From Candidatus Infernicultor aquiphilus (lineage in GTDB: Bacteria > Atribacterota > Phoenicimicrobiia > Phoenicimicrobiales > Phoenicimicrobiaceae): a stretch of DNA of 38,668 nt. The position numbers and the translations under genes are program-made. Under the pieces are notes generated by a model, which was not told the DNA's origin, searched no databases, and saw only the letters and a list, made by a program, of their open reading frames with translations. Each line of letters starts with the position of its first letter. Within the stretch, counting starts at the first letter, position 1. The stretch lies in contig MNYY01000004.1 of the NCBI GenBank assembly GCA_001873345.1, positions 1 through 38,668 of the forward strand, in the 5' to 3' direction. Positions 9,787 to 17,119 of this stretch are shown piece after piece.

Positions 9787-10656
9787 ATGGATAAGTTAGA
9801 AGTAAGGAAACCTGCCGTTGCAGGTAGTTTCTATAATGCTAATTTAAAATCTTTAAAGAAACAGATTGAAAATTGTTTTTTACATAAAATAGGCCCAGGC
9901 AAAATTCCCACAGTAAATCTTCAAGGAGAGAAAAATATTATGGGTTTAATCAGTCCTCACGCTGGTTATATGTATTCAGGACCTGTTGCAGCTAATGGAT
10001 TTTATAAAATTGCTTTAGATGGTAAGCCTGATACAATTATTATAATAGGTCCTAACCATCGTGGTTTTGGAGAAGATATTTCTATTATGGTTGAAGGAAA
10101 CTGGGAAACACCTTTAGGTGAATTAGAAATTGATACAAATATTGCAGAAAGCATTTTAAAAAACTCTAAAATAATTAAGGTAGATAGAAAAGCCCATCAA
10201 TTTGAACATTCTATAGAAGTTCAATTACCATTTATTCAATATATTTTTGGTGAAAAGGTTAAATTTGTACCAATTTGTATGATTCATCAGGATATTAATA
10301 CAGATATAGAAATTGCTAAATCAATTTGTTCTTCAATAATTAATAAAAATGTTTTAATCATTGCTAGTTCGGACTTTACCCATTATGAACCACAAGAATA
10401 CGCTATAAACATAGATAAGCAAGCAATAAATGCTATTTTAGATTTTGATCCTAAAAAATTATATGATATGATTTACCAACAGAATTTAACTATGTGTGGC
10501 CCTGGTCCAATTACTGTAATGCTTATTGCGTGTGAAACACTAGGTGCAAAAAAAGCTGAATTGCTAAAATATGCTACTTCGGGAGATGTTTCGGGAGATG
10601 TTTCGGGAATGTTTGACCAGGTGGTTGGTTATGCTTCTATAATCATCCGAAAATGA
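9787..10656 (+). CDS. amrB: MEMO1-family protein (AmmeMemoRadiSam system protein B)
   Basis: Motifs AGSFY, ISPHAGYMYSG, IIIGPNH, SSDFTHY, MCG and VVGYASI. GGGGAGGG lies upstream of the ATG. Confidence 0.85.
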   Translation: MDKLEVRKPAVAGSFYNANLKSLKKQIENCFLHKIGPGKIPTVNLQGEKNIMGLISPHAGYMYSGPVAANGFYKIALDGKPDTIIIIGPNHRGFGEDISIMVEGNWETPLGELEIDTNIAESILKNSKIIKVDRKAHQFEHSIEVQLPFIQYIFGEKVKFVPICMIHQDINTDIEIAKSICSSIINKNVLIIASSDFTHYEPQEYAINIDKQAINAILDFDPKKLYDMIYQQNLTMCGPGPITVMLIACETLGAKKAELLKYATSGDVSGDVSGMFDQVVGYASIIIRK

Positions 10657-10701
10657 TGCATATCGATTATAATGTGAATTAGTCGATAGTGAATATTAAA
10701 A

Positions 10702-10797
10702 GTAGTAGGGGGCAGAACTTGTGTCTGCCTGTAGAAGTAGGGGTCGGATTTATCCGACCCGTTTTCATTGCGGATTCTATGAATCGAACTTCTACGG
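10702..10797 (+). repeat. REP/MITE-like cluster of GTAG-delimited hairpins
   Basis: Hairpins GGCAGA-acttgtg-TCTGCC, GGGTCGGAT-tt-ATCCGACCC and GGATTC-tat-GAATC(G). 10737-10795 is the reverse complement of the element at 20703-20755, including a 25-nt identical core. Confidence 0.85.
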
Positions 10798-10874
10798 AAA
10801 AAGGATATTCCTATACAATTAAATTATATGTTTTTTAAAAAAAATAATTATTAAATATATTGAGAAATAATAGC

Positions 10875-11216
10875 ATGATAGAAAATTATCGTTTTGGGAA
10901 AATATTAATCAACGGAAAAGAATATAATTCAGACCTTATTATCTTTAAAGATCATATTTATGATAATTGGTGGAGAAAAGAAGGGCACAATCTTTGTATT
11001 GATGATGTAAAGGAAATAATAAATAAAAAACCAGATATTTTAATTATTGGAACTGGATTTTATGGTTTAATGAAAGTATCAGAAGATTTAATAAAATACA
11101 TAAAATCAGCAGGAATTGAACAAGTAATTATTAAAAAGACAAGAGATGCATGTGAGGAGTATAATAAACTTTATAAAAATAAAAATATAATTGCTGCTTT
11201 TCATTTAACCTGCTAA
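10875..11216 (+). CDS. Mth938-like (DUF498/NDUFAF3-type) domain protein
   Basis: The pattern FGKILINGKEY..DLIIF......W.RKEGH.L..DDV..I...PDILIIGTGFYGLM.V......Y....GIE........DAC..YN......IIAAFHLTC matches this family. The ATG at 10875 is preferred over the TTG at 10860. Confidence 0.7.
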   Translation: MIENYRFGKILINGKEYNSDLIIFKDHIYDNWWRKEGHNLCIDDVKEIINKKPDILIIGTGFYGLMKVSEDLIKYIKSAGIEQVIIKKTRDACEEYNKLYKNKNIIAAFHLTC

Positions 11217-11262
11217 CCTTCCACCAACCTGCACGTACTTTTTCATTTAAATACCTCCTTAA

Positions 11263-11296
11263 CCCCGGTGTCCTCGACCACCGGGGATCATTTTTT
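11263..11296 (+). terminator. Rho-independent terminator
   Basis: CCCCGGTG-tcctcgac-CACCGGGG followed by atcaTTTTTT, 47 nt after the Mth938-like stop codon. Confidence 0.75.
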
Positions 11297-11505
11297 CTAG
11301 ATAAGTTTTTTAAAAAAGAGGGTTTTTGAAAGATTTGTAGTATAAGGAATATAGTTTAATAATTTATACTCTATCTCAAATTAATTTTTTAAATAATAAT
11401 ATAATTGAGAGGCTTAATATTATTAAAACAGAGGAAGAAATACCTTTTAAAAGTAAATGTTTTGTAATTAGTTACTCTCATAGATTAAATAAAGAAGCTT
11501 TTTCT

Positions 11506-11889
11506 TTGTTAATGAGTGAAAATGCTCCTTTTATTGTAAGTGATATTCAGGAAAGGTCTTTTTTAATTACTATAACAAATAAATCAAGTAGTTGTAATGA
11601 TATTGCACATTTTGTTGCTTTTTCAGGTGTTTGTATATCGACTTTTATAATGGCATTAAATATTGCAAGTTTAGGATACTTTACATGGGATTGGTTTGGC
11701 TTTTCAATGCGTACATATGAAGTTTACGATCCAATTAAAAAGAGCAATATTTTTCCATTTCTTTTGAAGATGGAAGGAAGAAAAGAATATTTTGAAGGAA
11801 GTATCAAAGAAATTTCAGAAAATGAAATTCGAAATACTCTAAAATATTATGGAGTTTTAGCAAAAGAAAAAAACAATATCTACAATTAG
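11506..11889 (+). CDS. Hypothetical protein with one predicted TM helix; possibly the 5' part of a frameshifted gene
   Basis: The ORF is open from 11341 but its first plausible starts are TTG 11506 or ATG 11512, with no clear SD. It has a hydrophobic stretch FVAFSGVCISTFIMALNIASLGYF. It ends just after an A7 tract (11867-11873), where the next ORF's frame opens. Confidence 0.35.
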   Translation: MLMSENAPFIVSDIQERSFLITITNKSSSCNDIAHFVAFSGVCISTFIMALNIASLGYFTWDWFGFSMRTYEVYDPIKKSNIFPFLLKMEGRKEYFEGSIKEISENEIRNTLKYYGVLAKEKNNIYN

Positions 11890-11911
11890 AGAAGAATATA
11901 TTAAAGGTATA

Positions 11912-12280
11912 TTGCACCTAAGCCTTACGTTTTTTAATATAGATTTTTATAAAGAAGCTTTTTATAATTTTTATTGGTGCTTTGAGAATATCGTAACTAA
12001 TAAGGTTCTTCAAGTTGAGAAACTAGATAAAGAAGTTAAAGATATTGAAAAAGAAATAAATAAAGTAGGTCTTAAAAATATTTTTACTAAACAATTTATT
12101 AAATCCTCCTATTTAATACGTTCAAACCAAGTGATGCATGCTCAGAAAAAACAAGTAAACATAACATTAGATGATGTATATGCGATAAAAACATGTTTAA
12201 GGGATTTTTCTCGTTCCTTAAAAGATCATTTTTATGGATCTACCATTATATTTCACCAAGACATATTGAAAGATGTTTAA
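11912..12280 (+). pseudogene. Hypothetical all-helical ORF with HEPN-like Rx5H motif, apparently 3'-truncated by an IS remnant
   Basis: The frame is open from 11861. The motif YLIRSNQVMHAQ places R at 12119 and H at 12137. From about 12184 the other frame encodes a recognisable transposase tail, so the last ~30 codons of this ORF are probably fortuitous. Confidence 0.3.
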
Positions 12281-12390
12281 AAGAATGTAATTTTAGATAT
12301 AATATCAAAAAAGGTATAGAAGAAAATAGATTTAATTTACTTTTAGGCAATTGTTATGGTAGAATTACTTATAAAGAACTTATCAGTTAA
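12175..12390 (+). mobile_element. C-terminal remnant of an IS1595-family (ISXO2-like DDE) transposase
   Basis: KNMFKGFFSFLKRSFLWIYHYISPRHIERCLKECNFRYNIKK...FNLLL....ITYKELI matches the conserved tail of the family (N..E.FWS.LKR...G.YH.VS.KHL..YL.EF.FRYN.R). No upstream catalytic domain is present. Confidence 0.65.
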
Positions 12391-12410
12391 AAAATAAGGA
12401 AGTGATTTGG

Positions 12411-12968
12411 ATGATACCATATAGAGAAGAAAAGCGTGAAAATGCTATGTGTTATTTTGCTACCGAGCATTGCAATAAAACAGGAAGATATTTATCACAA
12501 ACAATATTGTTTAAATATTTAGCTTATTTAGATTTTTTAAGTTTAAAAGATATTGGTAAACCAGCTCTTGAATTTGAATATAAAGCTATGGTAAACGGAC
12601 CCGTACCACATGAATTATATAATGAGAGGAGAAATTATAAATCAAGATTGGTAGAATTTATTTCAAGAGGCAATGGTAAATATATTATAAAAGCAAAAGA
12701 GAATGCAAACCTAGACTATTTTTCAAAATACGAGATCGAAAAAATGGATGAATTGGTTAAGAAATATGCAGATCCCAATAAAGCCGAAAAAGAAAATACG
12801 GACAAAATTTGCGATGATATTCATAAAGATGTTCGAGCCTATGATGTAGCATATAAAAAGAAGAAAAATTCAATAATAGAATATAAGGACACGTTTAAAA
12901 ATATTTTTAGCAAAAAAGAATGCGAATTATCACCAATAGAAGAAAATTTTTTATTGTATCTACATTAA
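12411..12968 (+). CDS. Panacea (DUF4065, SocA/GepA-like) domain protein, putative antitoxin
   Basis: AAGGAAG sits 8 nt upstream of the ATG at 12411. LSQTILFKYLAYLDFLSLKDIGKPALEFEYKAMVNGPVPHELYNE fits the DUF4065 core pattern (K..KLLY..D......G.P......Y.A...GPV....Y). Confidence 0.6.
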   Translation: MIPYREEKRENAMCYFATEHCNKTGRYLSQTILFKYLAYLDFLSLKDIGKPALEFEYKAMVNGPVPHELYNERRNYKSRLVEFISRGNGKYIIKAKENANLDYFSKYEIEKMDELVKKYADPNKAEKENTDKICDDIHKDVRAYDVAYKKKKNSIIEYKDTFKNIFSKKECELSPIEENFLLYLH

Positions 12969-12973
12969 TGTAA

Positions 12974-13426
12974 ATGGAAATAGGTACAGTATTCAAATGG
13001 ATAAATTATCCTGAACAAAGAGATGGAATCACAAAAGACCGCTGGTTTGTATATTTAGGTACAAGCAGTAAATTATCTACACCATTAAACGTTTTTATCT
13101 TTACAACTACAAGTAAAACAAATCTCTATAAATCCGGGAATGAAAGAGAGAATAAAAAGAATACTATAAATTTTAAAGCCGGTGAGTTCGGATTTGATGT
13201 GGATTGTATTCTTGATGTATTTTTCTTTCAAAATAATTGGACACTTGGAGAATTTGAAAAATACAAGAAATATTTTGATATTAAAGGGAAAATATCTAAT
13301 GAAAAACTTAAAATTATCTATGGGAAAATATTAAAAGAAAATAGTATACAAAAAATAATAAAAATAGATATTAAAACAAACCTTAATAATATTAGAATTT
13401 TTGGTTTAGAAAGGCCAAAGCAGTAA
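12974..13426 (+). CDS. Uncharacterised 150-aa protein, putative cognate toxin (MazF/PemK-like pattern)
   Basis: It starts 5 nt after the upstream stop codon. EIGTVFKWINYPEQRDGITKDRWFVYLG...NVFIFTTTSK...CILDVFF...KGKISNEKLKIIYGKILKE follows the order of conserved MazF/Kid features (G.i..v.f.P......K.RP.vvl ... v..P.TS ... v..dq ... G.l....l..i). The assignment is by eye only. Confidence 0.35.
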   Translation: MEIGTVFKWINYPEQRDGITKDRWFVYLGTSSKLSTPLNVFIFTTTSKTNLYKSGNERENKKNTINFKAGEFGFDVDCILDVFFFQNNWTLGEFEKYKKYFDIKGKISNEKLKIIYGKILKENSIQKIIKIDIKTNLNNIRIFGLERPKQ

Positions 13427-13990
13427 TTTTTATGGAGAAAAAAACAAATCTAAAACTTAATATGCCTTTCGAAAAAGCTCTTGAGAGATTTGCGTCTATA
13501 AATATAAACAGATATTACAGAAATTGAAGAAGTATCTAATGGCAAAAAACCGGTACTTTTTATTAAATGGATTGGTGATACATTTTTTAATTCCTAGTTA
13601 ATGAAAAAAATACTGTAAATATTTTATTTTTAAATTATGAAATAATTAAACCTTCAATTTCGTCATTTAAGGGGGGGTCTTTTATCCCCTTCACATATAA
13701 TTAATCACAAGTGACTTTTTATACAGTGTTTCTCCATAAAAATATTTTTAAAAAAGAAGGAGTTTGTGTAATCTCCATATAAGTATTATATTAAGAGTCT
13801 TTTAAAAATATAATAGGGGGTTTTGTTGTATATGTATTTGAATAATAGAATCGTAGCAAAAGATATAATAAATGATGTAAAAGAAATCACATTTAATTAT
13901 GAGGTCTTGAGAGTTTCTTTCTTTTTTTTATTATTTGATTTACTTTACATAAGATATATTATAGGACGTAGTAAAATTATAAAAAATAGG

Positions 13991-14944
13991 TTAAAGTTCC
14001 TCGAACACCCTTTTATTTTTTATCTTCGAAACTGTTTCATTATCATCATATTCATCTAAATTTATCCATTCAATATTTTTTATTTTATGATTAAACCAGG
14101 TCATTTGTCTTTTTGCATATCTACGAGTATCTCTTTTGATTAAGTTAATGGCTGTTTTTTGGTCATATTCACCATCAAGATATTTATTTATTTGTTTATA
14201 ACCTAATCCCTGCATGGAATTTAGATTTTCATTATATCCTCTTTCTCTTAACATTTTTACTTCTTCTATAAGTCCATCTTTAATCATTTTATCAACACGT
14301 GAATTTATTTTTTGATACAATTTCTCTCTATTCCTTTTTAGTCCTATAATTTGATATTTAAATTTTGCATTTTTATGGTAAGCTTTTTTCTGTAAATAAG
14401 AGATGGTTTTACCAGTAGATTGATATACTTCCAGAGCTCTAATTATTCTTTTTAAATCATTTGAATTAATTTTTAAAGCAGAAATCGGATCTATTTTAAC
14501 TAGTTTATTATATAAATACTCTTTACCGTAAATTTCTGATTCTTCTTCTAATATTTCTCTATAAACACTATCTTTATTAGGTCCTGAGAAGATTGGTTCG
14601 ATTATTGAGGAAATATAGAGCCCCGAACCACCAATTAATATTGGTATTTTGCCTCTTTTAAAGATATCTAATATTATCTTGGTAGCTAATTTGCTATATT
14701 GGATTACGTCAAAATTCTCTGCTGGATCAGCAATATCTATCATATGATGTTTTATTATTTTTAATATGTTATTATTAGGTTTAGCAGTCCCAATATCCAT
14801 ATATTTATATATTTGCATGGAATCTGCAGAAATTATTTCTAGATTAGGTAATTTTTTAGCTAATTTAATGGAAATATCTGTTTTACCTACCCCGGTTGGA
14901 CCTAATAATATTAATAAATTATTATCTTCCTTATTGCCAGTCAT
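13991..14944 (-). CDS. miaA: tRNA dimethylallyltransferase
   Basis: P-loop GPTGVGKT and the motifs IISADSMQIYKYMDIGTAKP, HHMIDI, RALEV and YAKRQMTWF. Confidence 0.95.
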   Translation of the reverse strand: MTGNKEDNNLLILLGPTGVGKTDISIKLAKKLPNLEIISADSMQIYKYMDIGTAKPNNNILKIIKHHMIDIADPAENFDVIQYSKLATKIILDIFKRGKIPILIGGSGLYISSIIEPIFSGPNKDSVYREILEEESEIYGKEYLYNKLVKIDPISALKINSNDLKRIIRALEVYQSTGKTISYLQKKAYHKNAKFKYQIIGLKRNREKLYQKINSRVDKMIKDGLIEEVKMLRERGYNENLNSMQGLGYKQINKYLDGEYDQKTAINLIKRDTRRYAKRQMTWFNHKIKNIEWINLDEYDDNETVSKIKNKRVFEEL

Positions 14945-16290
14945 TTAACTAATTCTCCATATAAGGTCCAGGTATCTGATTTAATAATTTTCACCTCAAC
15001 TAATTTGCCAACCAATTCTTGCTCACCAATAAAGACAACGGTTTTATTAGTTTTTGTTCTACCTGAAAGTTGATTGGGGATATTTTTTAGAGATTTTTTA
15101 TCCACTAAAACTTCCAATACCTCCCCTTCTAATTTTTTATTAATTTTGGTGGAGATTTCCTTTTGTAAATTAATAAGTCTCCGTAATCTTTCTTTTTTAA
15201 CTTGTAAAGGAACCTGATTAGGCATTAGAGAAGCAATGGTATTTTCTCTGTTGGAATATATAAAAGTATAGGCATCATCAAATTTTATTTCCTCAAAAGT
15301 ATTTAAAGTCTGTTGAAAATCTTCTTCTGTTTCTCCTGGAAATCCTACCATTACATCAGTAGTAATGCTTATATTATTTATATTACTTCTAATTTCTTTA
15401 ATAATACTTTTATATTGATTAACATTATATTCCCTATTCATAATTTTGAGAATTTTATTCGAACCTGACTGAATAGGTAAATGTATGTGTTCGCAAACTT
15501 TATCACCATTCTTTACCACTTTTATTAAATCAAAATTAAAATCTTTGGGATGAGAGGTCATAAATCTTATTCTTTCTATGCCATTGATATTATTTAGTAG
15601 TGTTAATAATTTGGAAAATGTTACAGATTCAGGTAGATTTTTTCCATATGAATTTACATTTTGTCCTAATAAAAATATTTCTTTATAATTTTCTTGAGCT
15701 AAATTCTCTGCTTCAGCTAATATTTCAGAAACTCCCCTGCTCTGTTCCGGTCCTCGGGTATAGGGAACGACACAATAAGAACAATAATTATTGCAACCTC
15801 TCATTATTTGGATCCAAGCAGATATTTTGCTTTCTCTTATAACTGGGATATGCTTCAATATAAATTTAGTTGAATTTTCACAAAAAATATATTTTTTATT
15901 TCCATATTTGGTAATATTAATAATTTCTTCTAAATTATTTATTTGAGAAGGATTAAATATCAAATCGACATAAGGTGCTTTTTTAAATATATTTTCCTTT
16001 TCTTTTTGAGCCATACACCCGCAAATGCCTAATATTATACTTGGAGTATTTTCTTTTATTTTTTTTATCTTACTAATAAGACTGTATATTTTTTGTTCAA
16101 CATTTTCTCTCACACAGCAGGTATTTAATAAAATTAAATCAGATTTGAAAATATCTCTTGTTCTTGAATAACCTAATTGTTCTAATTGACCAACTATATA
16201 TTCTGAGTCATTCACATTCATCTGACAGCCGAAAGTCTTGACGTAAACTTTAAGTGAATTAGTTTTGTAACTCTTTAGTTTCTCAGCCAT
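14941..16290 (-). CDS. miaB: tRNA-2-methylthio-N6-dimethylallyladenosine synthase (radical SAM methylthiotransferase)
   Basis: TFGCQMN, the radical SAM cluster motif CNNYCSYCVVP, and a C-terminal TRAM domain. There is a 4-nt overlap with miaA. Confidence 0.9.
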   Translation of the reverse strand: MAEKLKSYKTNSLKVYVKTFGCQMNVNDSEYIVGQLEQLGYSRTRDIFKSDLILLNTCCVRENVEQKIYSLISKIKKIKENTPSIILGICGCMAQKEKENIFKKAPYVDLIFNPSQINNLEEIINITKYGNKKYIFCENSTKFILKHIPVIRESKISAWIQIMRGCNNYCSYCVVPYTRGPEQSRGVSEILAEAENLAQENYKEIFLLGQNVNSYGKNLPESVTFSKLLTLLNNINGIERIRFMTSHPKDFNFDLIKVVKNGDKVCEHIHLPIQSGSNKILKIMNREYNVNQYKSIIKEIRSNINNISITTDVMVGFPGETEEDFQQTLNTFEEIKFDDAYTFIYSNRENTIASLMPNQVPLQVKKERLRRLINLQKEISTKINKKLEGEVLEVLVDKKSLKNIPNQLSGRTKTNKTVVFIGEQELVGKLVEVKIIKSDTWTLYGELVK

Positions 16291-16433
16291 TTTGATTTTT
16301 GAATCTCCTCAAAAAATATAAGATCAAAGGGAGCAAAAAATCAAAAGAAAAAATATCTTTTTGGATGCTCCCTCTCAATCCCTCTAACCTCTTGCATTGC
16401 TCGGTTAGTTTTTTGATTTTTTAAACAATATAT

Positions 16434-16706
16434 TTAATCTTTATTCCAAAAATCCTCTGCTTCTTTTTCCATCTTGGCGAGCCTGGTATAATAATCAGGA
16501 AATTCAGTAAGATGCGCTAAGGCAATTTTTCCGGTAGTTAAGGGGTCATCATTCGTAACATTTGTTGCTGGATCACGTAAACCATGTTCTAACTCTACAT
16601 CCATTCCCATTCTAAATTGTTCTAGATCAAACTTATCCCAGGTTATACCTAATTTTTTGCCAATTTTCTCTGCTTCGCTTACATTAAAGTGTTTTTTAGC
16701 TTCCAT
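16434..16706 (-). CDS. DUF5661-like small protein
   Basis: MDVELEHG......VTNDDPLTTGKIALAHLTEFPDYYTRLAKME matches this family. The ATG at 16706 has GGAGGTG immediately upstream, so it is preferred over the GTG at 16715. Confidence 0.6.
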   Translation of the reverse strand: MEAKKHFNVSEAEKIGKKLGITWDKFDLEQFRMGMDVELEHGLRDPATNVTNDDPLTTGKIALAHLTEFPDYYTRLAKMEKEAEDFWNKD

Positions 16707-16762
16707 TTTTTTCACCTCCTTCTTTATATCTTAATCTGTTACTCGAACTAATTTCTCCTATT

Positions 16763-17119
16763 TCAATTGGATATCTCTAAAACCCGCCATGAAACCCAAT
16801 CTAATGGTACTGTACCTAAATATGTATCTGCACTAGTTAAAATACGCTGAGGATTTCCTAACAAATCAAGTGGTACCCAAATTTTTATTTCCTTTAAATT
16901 ACGTTCTACTTTTATTACTCCTATAGGAAGTAGGTTGTTCTGGTCTAAAACCTGATGTTCAATTGCTCCAAACTTGATATGTAATTTAGGCATCTCTTGG
17001 AATGGCCGGTCTTGGCGATATCCAAAGATATATACTGAAACTCCTACTGCCTCTGCAATAGGACGCGATAATTTAATAGAAAATATAAGATCATTATCTT
17101 CGAGACGCACAAAACGTTC
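16763..17119 (-). pseudogene. Same-frame continuation of the PIG-L gene after a TAA stop (beta-rich C-terminal domain)
   Basis: The minus strand reads ...TTT GTG GGT TTG TAA GAA CGT TTT GTG CGT CTC GAA.... The 115-aa ORF is in the same frame as the deacetylase ORF and has no SD of its own. Confidence 0.55.

Noticed and set aside
11213-11254. Minus-strand mini-ORF with a good SD (GGAGG-tatttaa-ATG AAA AAG TAC GTG CAG GTT GGT GGA AGG TTA GCA GGT TAA)
   Set aside because: It has only 13 codons and overlaps the stop codon of the Mth938-like gene. It might be the decapitated start of a lost gene, but there is no way to support that from the sequence alone.
13671-13677. G7 homopolymer (possible phase-variation tract), which can pair with the CCCC at 13686-13689
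   Set aside because: It is not associated with any ORF or recognisable promoter. On its own it supports no functional claim.
11307-13757. The 13-nt identical string TTTTTAAAAAAGA at both edges of the islet, read as att-type direct repeats
   Set aside because: The string is a homopolymer-rich, low-complexity sequence in an AT-rich genome. A chance match is plausible, so it is mentioned only as a weak hint within the islet finding.
13430-13990. A dif (XerC/D) site at the convergence point
   Set aside because: I looked for the 11-6-11 architecture with CATAA / TTATG arm ends. I found only weak AT-rich palindromes (for example ATATAA-gta-TTATAT near 13768-13782 and TTATGAAATAA near 13635-13645) with no matching partner arm. 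These are indistinguishable from background in this composition.
13823-14059. 78-aa plus-strand ORF at the right end of the islet
   Set aside because: It overlaps the 3' end of miaA on the opposite strand. Its translation is low-complexity and I/F/L-rich, and it begins with TTG. It is most likely spurious.
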